Below, piece by piece: positions 51,336-64,000 of a stretch of DNA of 64,000 nucleotides; position 1 is the first letter of the stretch; every line of letters begins with the position of its first letter. The stretch covers positions 50,532,001 to 50,596,000 of the forward strand of contig NC_086097.1 of the NCBI RefSeq assembly GCF_963921235.1, written 5' to 3'. Both the position numbers and the translations under genes were made by a program. The stretch is from Mobula hypostoma. Lineage: Eukaryota. The notes under the pieces are model-generated. The model worked only from the letters and a program-made list of their open reading frames with translations, made no database searches and was not told the origin of the DNA.

Positions 51336-54300
51336 TCTCCCAGGTATGAGGATAAACTACATCCGGCTGTGGAGCATTTGCTTTGGGTAATGAGGTTACC
51401 ATTAACTACAGCTACCTCCAGGTCACCCTTAGGCAAGGTGTAGCACCCGTTAGCCTCCCTACTTGGGTTACAGTGAAGCCACGGAATGCAGGTGGTGGAT
51501 GAAGCAGAAGGCAAGTCGTGAGTAACACAATCAATGGTTCCTGCTTCTCAGATGCTGAGCAGTAGATCCTTTTAATAGGACAATGGTCAGGGTTACCCGT
51601 CTTGTAAAGACACTGCATCGGAAGCAAGCAAGGGGAAGTTACTTCTTGTATTTTATCCCTAGTACAACCATGGTTAATACATACACAAATGTAAAAGACA
51701 ATAGCGTAAATGGGAACCCACTTCTAGATAGTGCGGACACCTCGCTTGGTACAGGATATCATGTAATAGACAGGTGAGCCCGGATCGTCATACCATTACT
51801 GTCCGCAAGAACAAGAGACTGCAAATTGCCACTTGGAATGTTCGAACCGTGCACCAAGCTGGTAAGCTAGAAAACGTAAAATTAGAAATGAGGTGGCTAG
51901 AAGTCAGCATCCTAGGCCTAAGTGAAATAGGATGGAAAGGCACTGGAGTATTCCAATCAGACGACTACAAGATGATATACTCTGGTGGAGATAAACATGA
52001 AAAGGGTGTTGCAACCATCTTAGACAAAGAAACGTCCAAGAGCCTGCTAGGATGCTGGCATATCTCAGACAGAATGATGCTAATCAAACTAAAAGGACAA
52101 CAAAACAACATCTCTATCATCGAAGTATATGCACCCACAATGGAAAACTCAGAGGAAGAAATTGATGCCTTCTACCACTCCCTAGACAAAGCACTAGCAG
52201 AATGCAAATCACAAGAAGCCATCATAGTCATGGGCGACTTCAATGCAAAAGTTGGTGAGGGAAGAGAAGATCATATTGTTGGAGACCAGGGATTGGGAGA
52301 ACGAAATGAAAGAGGAGAAAAGCTTATATTATGGTGTAAAACAAACAATCAGATAATCACCAACACTTGGTTTAAACATCATCCAAGAAGGAAATGGACA
52401 TGGAGAAGCCCAGATGGGAACAACAAAAATCAAATCAACTACATAACAATCAATAACAGATTCAAAAACTCAATAACTAATCTAAAAGCTACCCTGGAGC
52501 AGACTGTGGAAGTGACCACATACCAGTCACTTGCAAAATGAAAAAAAAATTGAGAAAATTAAAGAAACCAAAAAGATCAGAACCACTGGATTATCAACAA
52601 CTACAAAACAACCCTCATCCGAAAACAGAATACACAATCAAGGTGAAAAACTGTTTTCAATTGGTGCAGGATGAAGGAGGCAAACCTTCCAGGGGCATAC
52701 TGAAGAAATCCATGGTTGTAGCTGCAAAAGAAACCATCCCACGAAAAGAACGGAAAAGTAAAAAGAAATAGATAACTGAAGATATAATACAATTGATGCA
52801 ACAGAAACAGACCATCAAACCAAGAGGCAACGAAGGATACAAACAACTTGATAAGATAATAAGAAGAAAATGCAGAGAAGCTAAAGACAGATGGCTAAAT
52901 GTGAAATGCTGAGAGATAGAAATGCTACAAACCCATAACCCTGGAACAAAGTTGATGCACAGTAAGATTAAAGAACTAATGGGGAAGTTACCATGCTCAG
53001 CAAGTGGATGCATCAAGGCAAAAGATGGCAGCTTAATTATGAACAAGAAGGAAATCCTAAACAGATGGACAGAATATATAAAAGGACCTAGCATTCTAAA
53101 ATCAGAAGTTCGAGAAGCCATAAATAAAACAAAACATAACAGAGCAACTGGTCCAGACATTGCTGTTGAAATGATACTGGCCTTAGAAGATTTTGGAATA
53201 GCGAAAGTAACAGAAATAGCAAATGAAATCTATGATCATTGGGAGATACCTGATAATTTAAGCAAACAAGTGTTCATCACAGTTCCAAAGAAAGAGGGAG
53301 CAACAGAATGTGAGTTACATTATACAATAAGCCTGATAAGCCACGTGGCAAAAATTATTCTCAGAGTAATCATGATGAGAGCAAGACGGTGCATAAAACC
53401 AGAAATCAGTAAAGAACAATGCGGCTTTGTGGAAAACACTGGAACCAGAAATGCAATTTTCATGCTAGATAATCAGTGAATGAGCCATCCAGGTACAAAA
53501 AGACATCCATCTATGGTTCATCGACTATACAAAAGCTTTTGACACTGTCAGACAGCAAGATCTTCTGGATATGGTTCAAGATCTTGACATAGATGGGAAA
53601 GACATATGTTTCTTAAGAAACTTATACTGGGAACAGACAGCATCCATCAGAATAGAAGGAGAAGTGAGTGAGTATGTGAATATCATGAGAGGAGTCAGGC
53701 AAGGTTGTGTCTTTTCACCACACTTATTCAACCTTGAAAATATCTTGAGAAGTATCAAAGACATCAAAGGATTCACAATTGGAGGCCATAATATAAATAA
53801 CATCAGATATGCTGATGACGTTGTACTAATAGCTGACTCAGAAACTTCAAGAACTACTCACTATAGTGGCAGCAGAAAGTAATCGCAGAGGCCTCTCAAT
53901 CAACACCAAGAGGACAAAAAGCATGGTCATCTCCAGAAAGACAAACATCCCACAATGTGTGATCAAGATCGGAAATACAAACATCAAACAAGTCAACAAA
54001 TTCAGATATCTTGGCAGCCTAATAACAAGTAAAGGCAGGTGTGACAGATATCAAATACAGAATAGCAATGGCGAAAGAAGCTTTCCAAAAAATGAAGACC
54101 ATATTAACAGACAGAAAGATGAGCATGTACACTAAAAACAGAATACTGTAGTGCTACATTTATTCTATCCTGACTTATGGAAGTGAACGCTGGACCATTT
54201 CCCCAGCAATGGAAAAGAGACTAGAAGCAGCTGAATTGTGGTTTTACAGGAGAATGTTAAAAATATCATGGACCACACACACATCAAATGAAGAAGTTCT

Positions 54301-54586
54301 CAGAAGAGCCCAAGCAGTTTGATCACTCATACCAACAATAAGAGAAAGACAACTCAGATTCCTAGGACACATCGTGTGGAAAGACGAACTAGAAAAACTC
54401 ACACTCTCTGGAAAGATCGAGGGGAGCAAACCTAGGGGAAGACCTCGGCTTATATACATCAAGAGCATAGCCAGGTGGCTACACATCAAGGAAATGGAAG
54501 TCATCCAAAGAACGAGGGATAGATCTATATGGAAAACCATGGTCATCAACGTCCGCATCGGATATGGTACCTAGACAGACAGACAG
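51336..54586 (+). mobile_element. Near-full-length RTE LINE (5' UTR, APE endonuclease, RT), with stops and frameshifts
   Basis: TWNVRT, LGLSE, YAPT, GDFNAKVG, GVRQGCVFSP, YADD; (AGAC)n tail; TSD ACCCATA (51329-51335, 54587-54593). Confidence 0.95.
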
Positions 54587-56762
54587 ACCCATACAGCACA
54601 AATATTACTTGAGAAGCATGATCTAATAGGTAGCTAACCTTGTTGCATTACAGTTGTGGCCAGTTTTATCCACTGAGGAATTGTTACATACAATATTGAA
54701 TTGCAGCCCACACATTTCACAACAGGTTGATAATTTATAATAGATGTGGAGATGCATATTCACATGTTTGTTGCAGTAATTCAAAGACCACTACCCGACA
54801 GTGTTAACAAGACAATACAGTCAGGACCTTGAAACTTGGATTACTTTAATGTGCTCACTTTAACAATGATCTTCTGCTAGGAACAAACAGGTAAGAATTT
54901 TAATTCTTAGCATGTTTTTTTTTTGGCTTTAGTACAGGGTTCCCAACCCGGGGTTCATGGACCCTTTCTTAACGGTATTGGTCTATGGCATAAAAAAAGA
55001 TTGGGAACACTTGCTTTATCACCACCCACAGTTAAAAATATTGATTGTAAGTTAATGGTATCTTTAAATTAATTTCATCTTTAAATACAAGTAACCCACC
55101 TTTCAGACTCCATTGTAATTTGATCCAAATTCCCATCCATAATCAATTTTGGCATTTATTGTGGGTTTCCTCTGGGTGTTCCGCTTTCCTCCAACATTCC
55201 AAAGTACAGGTCAGTAGGTCAGTTGGTTGGCACAGACTCGTTAGGCCATAAAGGCCCGTTACTGCATAGTACCTCCAAATAAATAAATACATCTGGCCAA
55301 CCCATCTTCACCTATCCACAGTGATTCAACTTGCTGACAAGATCACCTGACCAATGACTACGACTGTATCCCTCCATATTCCTTTAAGAATTGGCAATAT
55401 TTGGAGTTAGGTCATGGAACAAAAATGCACTATTGCAATGGGGATCTATTTAAAAATCCAGGCAAAAGGCAGTATTAAATCTGTAGAACAGTCCAACTAG
55501 CTGCTCCAGCAACCTGGATTCAGTCCCGACATCTGGCACTCACCACATGCAGTCTGCACTGAGGCTGCATGTGTTTCCTCCAAATGTCAGACATTCTGGT
55601 ATGTAAATTCCAAACTGGAGATTGCCCCTAGTGTTCATGATTAGCAGGAGGATTGGGGGGGGGGGGAGGGGGTGTGGAATTGGCAGGCGGGTAAGAAAGA
55701 ATATATTAGAGTAAAGAAATGCTGGGATGGGATAGATGGGAATGCTCTGACAGGCAGCAAAAATTCACTGGGCCAAAGTGCCTCCTATATTGTGTGAGGA
55801 TAGAAAAATATGGAGGATTGCCGAGTCAGAATTAATTAGAGATCCCTCTACACAAATAAGGTCTTGAGCTCAACATTTGGCCACCAACATTTTGAATCCT
55901 TATCTGATATCAAGTTGCCAGTATCCTGCAAGGATATATGTCAAATATACTTAATGTACATATTTGAAATTCCTTTCAATCCCTACAGTCCTTTTAGGAA
56001 AATAATTATGTTTAACTCAAGCATAACCTATGGAAAATTAACTCCCTTTTGTAGGATCTGATCTGTTTGAATATAATCTGTACCAGAAATATGATTTTCT
56101 TTCTTTGTTGATTATTGCACTTATTCCTTTGAGCAAATGTGCATTACAAAATACGCAGAGGCCAGATTTGTAAAAGTAGGTGCAGCAAATTAATTTCAAA
56201 TGACAGAAATTAATCATGCTCAAATTTCTAACTGTACTGTATATATTATGGACATTTAACATTTATATGGACAGTAAAGCTAGTTCCCATTCAATTGCTG
56301 CTCCTGCTACTTATTTTTTAAAAAAACATTGAATATAACTTCAAATGAAAGCAATGGTCATCAGAGGGACAAGTGATCTGTCCGCAAATCAAATGTAACA
56401 TTCCATAGTATTCACATTTGAACTCAATAGAGAGTAACAAAACTCAAGTAGTTCACATACTGTTATTAACTGCAACTTCCCCTCCTGTACTGGCTTTCAC
56501 ATATAGCTATTGTATACAGTAAGTAAATGCTCAAAACAAAATGACAAAATCATTCTACTCTAATTCTTGCCAAGAACTAGTACTTCAGGGGAAAAGTACA
56601 AACAAAGCAACGACATTTGATAAAACAGAAAAGCATACAAAATGTACACAGAGTTGAATACCACTCTCCTGGGCTATAAAACACATGTTTTCAACATATG
56701 CTTGTGGAGTTGATATAACAACATCTGACGAGTTTTCCCTTATTACACCAGGATTCCATCTT

Positions 56763-56768
56763 TTTATT
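56763..56768 (-). promoter_or_regulatory. Candidate polyadenylation signal (AATAAA) for VCPKMT
   Basis: AATAAA on the minus strand about 65 nt after the stop codon; motif only. Confidence 0.3.
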
Positions 56769-56832
56769 TTGGCTACAGCTGCATCACAGAATAAAAACAA
56801 AGTGGTGATTTTGATTTTAGTGCAAACATTCC

Positions 56833-56943
56833 CTAATGGTGTCCTCTTCGTTTGATGTGCAAAACATGAATATCTTCACTTCTGTATTCCTCATCTTGCT
56901 GCTCCAGTGGAACCTCTTCTATTTCAAAATCAATCTGCAAGAG
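56833..56943 (-). CDS. VCPKMT: VCPKMT last coding exon including TAG stop
   Basis: Acceptor ttttttatcag. Translates [36 protein letters not shown]; recalled human [34 protein letters not shown]. Confidence 0.95.
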   Translation of the reverse strand, partial: [36 protein letters not shown]

Positions 56944-57909
56944 CTGATAAAAAAAAAACAAGGGATGCTGGAAGTTAATATTGCACAATTCAAACACAAA
57001 TTTCATTTCACATTTTCAGCCTTATCTCAGCAACAAAGCCACCTAGCTTTCTCCACATCTTAGTGACCCGAGTACGGCTAACAGCAACTTGGCAGCAGCA
57101 ACTTGACACAACAGTCTACGTCTAAAATCAAGCCATCAGATCCAGCCACGAAGAAAAATCAACTGATTGTGACAGAAAATAATCCAATTACCTCCTAAAA
57201 AGCTGATATTATTTAGCTTTCAAATATTTCCATTTTCTCTACAAGTTATCAACTGAAAGTAGTTTTCTTGTTCCCTTCCTCTTAGTATTTGTATTTTAAT
57301 TACTACATCCCCTTTTAAAATCCTTTTAAAATGTATTTGCAATCCACACCTCAACAATAGCCTGCCAGTGAACTTTACATTTTAATCCCACTTTAGATTT
57401 AATTTTAGCCCATCCTTTATAACCAAGGTGCCTTATGAAGATAATGTGCTAAACTTTATTTTCTTGAAAACCTAGACAAAAGTCAACATTCTTAGCTAAA
57501 AAGCAAGAATAAATCAGTTTCTCCAAGTCTATGTCTTTTCTTCCAGCGAACCCATATTGTATCTTGTCACAAATTTCAAATTATCGCTATAAAGGTTACA
57601 CAAAATTTTAATTTGCAAATTAAATTTGGTTAACTGAAGTATGGAGTGAAGTCTTCATCTGGTACCGAATTTTAGCCATGTGGGAACAGAGAGAAGAAAT
57701 CTGTTTGAATTTGAAGCAAGCTACATCGCATTTTTACTAGTTAACATTTAACCATGGCTACCTGATTATTTGCTGCTCTCAAGTTCCTCAATAATTTTAT
57801 TAAGCTCATTTTGGAATGAATACATGCATAATTTACTTCACATAAATGCAGCTTCACCTTACACCACACTGGTTTGGATAGTAATCAGACAGTAAAGAGT
57901 GAAATACCT

Positions 57910-58620
57910 TAGAGTCACAGAGAAGTACAACACAGAAACAGGCCATTTGGCCCATCTAGTCCATGCCAAAACCATTTAAACTGCCTACTCCCATTGAACT
58001 GCACCAGGACCATAGCCCTCCATATTCATACTATCCATGAACCTATCCAAACTTATCTTAAACATTGAAATTGGGCTCGCATGCCTCACTTGTACTGGTA
58101 GCTCATTCCAACCTCTTTTTTCCCCTCATGTTCACCTTAAATTTCTCACCTTTTATCCTTAACCAATGACCTCTGGTTGTAGTCCCATCCAACCTCAGAG
58201 GTGCCTGCTTTCATTTACCCTATCTATACCCCTCATAATTTTGAATACCTCTATCAAATCTCCTGTCAGTCTTCTACTTTCTAACGAATACAGCCCTAAT
58301 CTATTCAATCTTTCCTTATAACTCAAGTCCTCCAAACCTGGCAAAAACCTTGTAAATTTTCTCTGTACTCTTTCAACCTTGTTTACACCTTTCCTGTAGG
58401 TAGTTGACCAAAACTGCACACTACTCCAAATTAGGCCTCTTTACAACCGTATCTACCTATGGTGCCACTTTCAACAAATTATGGACCTTTATTCCCAGAT
58501 CTCTTTGTTCTACCACACTCTTTAGTGCCCTGTTCTTCACTGTGTACCCTGGTCGGTTTTACTGAAGTGCAAAACTTCGTACTTGTCTGCATTAAATTCC
58601 ATCTGCCATTTTTCAGCCCA
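57910..58620 (-). mobile_element. CR1 3' fragment in a VCPKMT intron
   Basis: QFWSTTYRK...RRLTGDLIEVFKIMRG. Confidence 0.9.
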
Positions 58621-58713
58621 TTTTATTAAACACCTTATTAAAATAATGGCATTTTAACAATAACATGTTGCTTTGTAACAAGTCTGAGGTTTTCCAGTAT
58701 CTCAATCTGTTCA

Positions 58714-58878
<165 letters not shown>

Positions 58879-58934
58879 CTACAAGACCATTACATGGTTA
58901 GACTTCACAATGTCACCTTATACAAAATCAACTT

Positions 58935-59275
58935 TATAGAACATAGGATAGTACAGCACAGTACAGGCCCTTCAGCCCATAATGTTGTGCCAACCCTTAA
59001 ACCCTGCCTCCCATATAACCCCCCACCTTAAATTCCTCCACATACCTGCTGAGTAGTCTCATAAATTTCACTAGCGTATCTGCCTCCACCACTGACTCAG
59101 GCAATGCACTCCATGCACCAACTACTCTCTGAGTAAAAAACCTTCCTCTAATATCCCCCTTGAACTTCCCACCCCCTACTTTAAAGCCATGTCCTCTTGT
59201 ATTGAGCAGTGATGCCCTGGGGAAGAGGCGCTGGCTATCCTATTTATTCCTCTTAATATCTTGTATATCTTGTAT
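58935..59275 (-). mobile_element. CR1 3' end in a VCPKMT intron
   Basis: Homologous to 41340-41685. Confidence 0.88.
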
Positions 59276-59525
59276 ATTTTGGAGTGAATAAAACTGTAAA
59301 CAGGATTATGAAAGAATTTTACTGGCCTAATTTGAGGAAAGATGTTGTGACCTTTTGCAGAACCTGTCACACCTGTCAAGTTGTGGGTAAACCAAATCAG
59401 GTCACCCCATTGGCCCCACTTCGGCCTACACCTGCATTCGGTGAACCCTTTTCCAAAGTTATAGTGGATGGTGTTGGCCCATTGCCAAAGACTAAAGCGG
59501 GCCATCATTATTTGCTAACTATTAT
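59276..59525 (+). mobile_element. Gypsy integrase fragment (zinc-binding and start of core)
   Basis: FYWPNLRKDV..CRTCHTCQVVGKPNQ...PFSKVIVDGVGPLPKTK. Confidence 0.88.
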
Positions 59526-60544
59526 AATTGGAAGGTTACTGCGAAAAATAGTGGAATGCAATTTTTTTTTACAAAGCATTAACTAAGAATAAAAATATTA
59601 ATTTAAATACCTTAAAACATAATGCCTAGAAACTATAACATATTTATGGAAGCAATGCAAAATTTGCTACAGAATCAAAATTCCTATTTTAGTTAGAACT
59701 TCAGTGCAACTACCTTGTAATCTACCCATTGCATGTTTATAACATGTTTATAACCTATTCCCTGTATCAAGTTCTTTGAATTAGCATAAAAGGTTAGAAA
59801 CAAAAGCTAATTGTCTAAACTGTATAAGACCATGAATGATTTTCTACTCCAACCACTATTTTGTATCCTTTGCTTCCATTGTGCAGTTAAATTTCAACTA
59901 ATGAAAATCTTTAGTAATATAAAAATACAAACAGAAAAAAACTTAACTTGTTGTTGTAGGTTTAGCAATGACTTCATTGATGTGATCAAGTGTTTTGACT
60001 AATGTGCTGACTCGAATTTTACAAACACCACCCAACCCCAAAAAACCTTCAATTTCTGTATTAAATTCAAAGTATAATTCGAAAATGAAGCTCTGAAACT
60101 ACCCAGTTCTGACAAAGAATAATTAATTCCATCTTTTTAATCCAATAAATTGTCTGACACACTGAAACTTAATTTTGTTATTGAAAAATGCAATCTGAGT
60201 AATCCATCCACATTTATTTTTGAGGACATTCTTAAGTCAAATTGAAGACTGATTTATGAAGGAAGCAATAAATGATGTTCAGACATCTGTAAACAAGGTA
60301 ACTTTACACAAACAATATAAAATTGTGAATTTTACAAATGTAAAGAATGATTGTGGGAGGGAGACTTGAACTTTATTGTTCTTTTTTGGGCAACCCACTG
60401 ACATTTGGTGAATAACTTCATTCTTCAACACATCAGTAGCCTTTTTTCTTCAAATAAACAGAAAAATGCAAAGGACTCATTAAAAGGCATAAATAAAACT
60501 AAATTTTATAAAAGGTTGTGAATTATATTTTAAAATTTTCCACC

Positions 60545-61055
60545 ACCCAAAAATAGGAGTTGGCCATCAAGTCCTTCAAGTCTGCTCCAACATTTAATAT
60601 GATCATAGCCAACCTACGCTGGCCTCAACTTACCTTCTGAACCTTTTCTCATGCCCCTCCATCTCCTCATCTATCAAATATTTATCTATCTCCATTTTAA
60701 ATCCTTCTATTGATTCAGCTTTCACCAACTGCCAGCAAAGAGAACACACTACCCTCTGCAGTAGGAAATTTCAATATTCCTTAGTTTTAAATTTTCCATC
60801 TATTATCTTGAAGTTATGCCTCTTGTTTGAGACTCTCCCACTAGTGAGCACATTCTAACTTCTACTCTATCAAGCTTCCTTAGGATTTTACTTGTCTGAA
60901 TAAAGCCATGCCCCATTCTTCTAAAAGCTAAGGAAAACAGACCCAAACTCTTTACTTTCTCTTGGTAAGATAACCCCATCATCCCAAGAATTAGCTTGGT
61001 GAATCTCATTTGTACTGGCTCCAATATTACGATTTATTTTTTAAGGGGATCAAAA
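60545..61055 (-). mobile_element. Old CR1 3' fragment
   Basis: VQMRFTKLILGMMGLSYQE. Confidence 0.8.
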
Positions 61056-61250
61056 CAGTATACAGTGTTAAATGTTATATTTACACTACATAAAGCAGTT
61101 AATTAAATATCTGACAGGTACAATATTTGTGTCATCATTTGGCCTTGATAAGAACAGTGCAATTTGTTTTCTCTAAAAATATTTTTATTGTAATAAAAAC
61201 CAAGAAGCATTCCATTTGGATATTAGTTCAAGAAAACTATTAGTACAGAC

Positions 61251-61323
61251 CTGCTCATAATAAATACAATCAGCCACAAGGATATAATCTGGTTCAGATG
61301 GGAGGCCTTTCACAGTTTCGCCC
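61251..61323 (-). CDS. VCPKMT: VCP lysine methyltransferase (METTL21D), internal exon, 73 bp
   Basis: Acceptor ttttcag, donor GTCTGT. Translates (W)GETVKGLPSEPDYILVADCIYYEQ, containing the METTL21-family DxxY motif; matches recalled human [25 protein letters not shown]. Ends in phase 0, compatible with the next exon. Confidence 0.95.
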
Positions 61324-62054
61324 CTGAAAAGCAAGAAATATGGAAACATTAATTTGACACTAGAGCGAGAAAAGCATCTCTGAGCCCTGATATATATAAC
61401 ACCTCTGATGCCTCCAAGCTACCTCAAAATATCACTCTCTATTTTGACAATTCAAGCTGGAATAACCACTTGACCCTTCAAGCCTTCTCTATAATCAAGT
61501 CACAGCGGATCTGATTTTACTCTCAACTTCACAATAATCTGCAATAACAATTCACCCCTTTGCTTATTAAGTACCTGTCTATCTTTGCCTTAAAAACATT
61601 CAAAAACACTTTCCATTGTCCTTCGTGGAAGATAATTCCAAAGACAAGTCACCCTCAGAAAAGGTTTTGTCTTAAATGGGTGACTCTTAGTTCTGGATCA
61701 TCTCACAAGAGGAAACATCTTCCACGTATCTTCTGTGAACTCCTCAGAATCCTGTATGTTTCAATCATCATGTCACTCCAGCAGATACAAACATCACTCA
61801 CAGGGTTAAATTCAGTGGGGAAAACACAAGGAGGTAAGAACTGAATTGACCAGCATGTAGCCCTTTGAAGCATGCAAAAAAAGTTGGAGGAACCCAGCAG
61901 TTCAGGTAGCACCTCTGGAGGAAATGGACAGCCATGTGGACTGTTCACATCCAGATTTGAATCTGAACAGAGGAACTCAAGTCAAGAGTGTCAGAGCTAG
62001 CAATAATGCCCCTTTTACATACCAAACACACTGCAATCTGAAGGCGACAGCATA

Positions 62055-64000
62055 AACATAGAAAACATACAGCACAATACAGGTCCTTCGGCCCACAAAG
62101 CTGAGCCGAACATGTCCCTACCTTAGAACTACCTAGGCTTTACCCATAGCTCTCTATTCTTCTAAGCTCCATGTAGCCATCCAGGAGTCTCTTAAAAGAC
62201 CCTATCGTTTCCGCCTCCACCACTGCTGCCAGCAGCCCATTCCACACACTCACCACTCTCTGCATAAAAAACTTACCTCTGACATCTCCTCTGTACCTAC
62301 TTCCAAGCACCTTAAAACTATGCCCTTTCGTGCTAAGCATTTCAACCCTGGGGAAAAGCCTCTGACTATCCACACGATCAATGCCTCTCATTATCCTTCA
62401 CTCAACCCACTCTCATAAGGCATGCTCCCCAATCCAGGCAACATCCTTGTAAATCTCCTCTGCATCCTTTCTATGGTTTCCACGTCCTTCCTGTAGTGAG
62501 GCGACCAGAATTGAGCACAGTACTCCAAGTGGGGTCTGACCGAGGTCCTATATAGCTGCAACATTACCTCTTGGCTCCTAAACTCAATCCCACAATTGAT
62601 GAAAGCCAATGCACTGTATGCCTTTTTAACCACAGAGTCAACCTGCATAGCAGCTTTGAGTGTCCCATGGACTCGGACCCCAAGATCCCTCTGATACCCC
62701 ACACTACCAAGAGTCTTACCATTAATACTATACTCTGCCATCATATTTGACCTACCTAAAATGAACCACCTCACACTTATCTGGGTTGAACTCCATCTGC
62801 CACTTCTCAGCCCAGTTCTGCATCCTATCAATGTCCCGTTGTAACCTCTGACAGCCCTCCACACTATCCACAACACCCACAACCTTTTGTGTCATCAGCA
62901 AATTTACTAACCCATCCCTCCACTTCCTCATCCAGGTCATTTATAAAAATCACGAAGAATAGGGGTCCCAGAAGAGATCCCTGAAGCACACCACTGGTCA
63001 CCGGCCTCCATGCAGAACATGACCCGTTTGTTTGCCTTCTGTGGGCAAGCCAGTTCTGGATCCACAAACCAATTCCCCCTTGGATCCCATGCCTCCTTAC
63101 TTTCTCAACAAGCCTTCCATGGGGGTACCTTATCAAATGCTTTGCTAAAATCCATATACGCTACATCTATGGCTCTATCTTCATCAGTGTGCTTAGTCAC
63201 ATCCTATCGTAAGGCACGACCTGCCTTTGACAAAGCCATGTTGACTATTCCTAATCATATTATGCCTCTCCAAATATTCATAAATCCTGCCTCTCAGGAT
63301 CTTCCCCATGAACTAACCAACCACTAAAGTAAGACTCACTGGCCTATAATTTCCTGGGCTATCCCTACTCCCTTTCTTGAATAAGGGAACAACATCTGCA
63401 ACCCTCCAATCCTCCAGAACCTCTCCCGTCCTCACTGATGATGCAAAGGTCATTGCCAGAGGCTCAGCAATCTCCTCTCTCACTTCCCACAGTAGCCTGG
63501 GGTACATCTCGTCTGGTCTCGGTGACTTATCCAACTTGATGCTTTCCAAAAGTTCCAGCACATCCTCTTTCTTAATATCTACATATTCAAGCTTTTCAGT
63601 CCACTGTAAGTCATCCCTACAATCACCAAGATCCTTTTCCGTAGTGAATACTGAAGCAAAGTATTCATTTATTCATTAACTACCTCCACCATTTTCTCCA
63701 GTCCCATACACACATTTCCACTGTCACAATTGATTGGTCCTATTCTCTTACGTCTCATCCTCTTGCTCTTCACATACTTGTAGAATGCCTTGGTGTTTTC
63801 CTTAATCCTGTCCACCAAGGGCTTCTCATGGCCCCTTCTGGCTCTCCTAATTTAATTCTTAAGCTCCTTCCTGCTAGCCTTATAATCTTCTAGATTCATA
63901 TCATTACCTAGTTTTTTGAACCTTTCTTATGCTCTTCTTTTCTTCTTGACTAGATTTATAACAGCCTTTGTGCACCACGGATCTTGTACCCTACCATCCT
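62055..64000 (-). mobile_element. CR1 LINE ORF2 running off the window end (VCPKMT intron)
   Basis: KSPRPDEMYPRLL, GNYRPVSLT, KFADDTK, RPHLEYCAQFWSPHY. Confidence 0.95.

Noticed and set aside
61324..64000. VCPKMT upstream exons
   Set aside because: No SAM-binding motif-I (LELGxGxG) exon found; the region is CR1 and other repeats, so these exons lie beyond the window.

Overview
Repeat-dense vertebrate genomic DNA, most likely from a cartilaginous fish. This is inferred from HE1/V-SINE-type SINEs, abundant CR1, Penelope, Rex1/Babar and RTE elements, and the vcpkmt protein sequence. Nearly all ORFs in the supplied track are retroelement fragments. Two host loci lie on the minus strand and are mostly invisible in the ORF track. 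(1) The last three coding exons of VCPKMT/METTL21D (61323-61251, 58878-58759, 56943-56833) have canonical splice sites; the 5' exons lie beyond the window. (2) Downstream, about 11 splice-flanked segments between ~33.5 kb and 0.2 kb translate, through stops and frameshifts, into peptides colinear with GREB1/GREB1L. This suggests a highly divergent, apparently pseudogenised GREB1-family paralog whose glycosyltransferase (TAGT) domain exons seem to be missing. Among the repeats are a Penelope-like element with an unbroken 679-codon RT + GIY-YIG frame and an intact minimal hammerhead ribozyme, a fold-back double-hammerhead insertion, a near-full-length RTE, a decayed Gypsy element, and a hAT MITE carrying a 12 x 29-bp internal expansion. 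Comparisons to human proteins use sequences recalled from memory and aligned by eye; no searches were run. Repeat boundaries are approximate.
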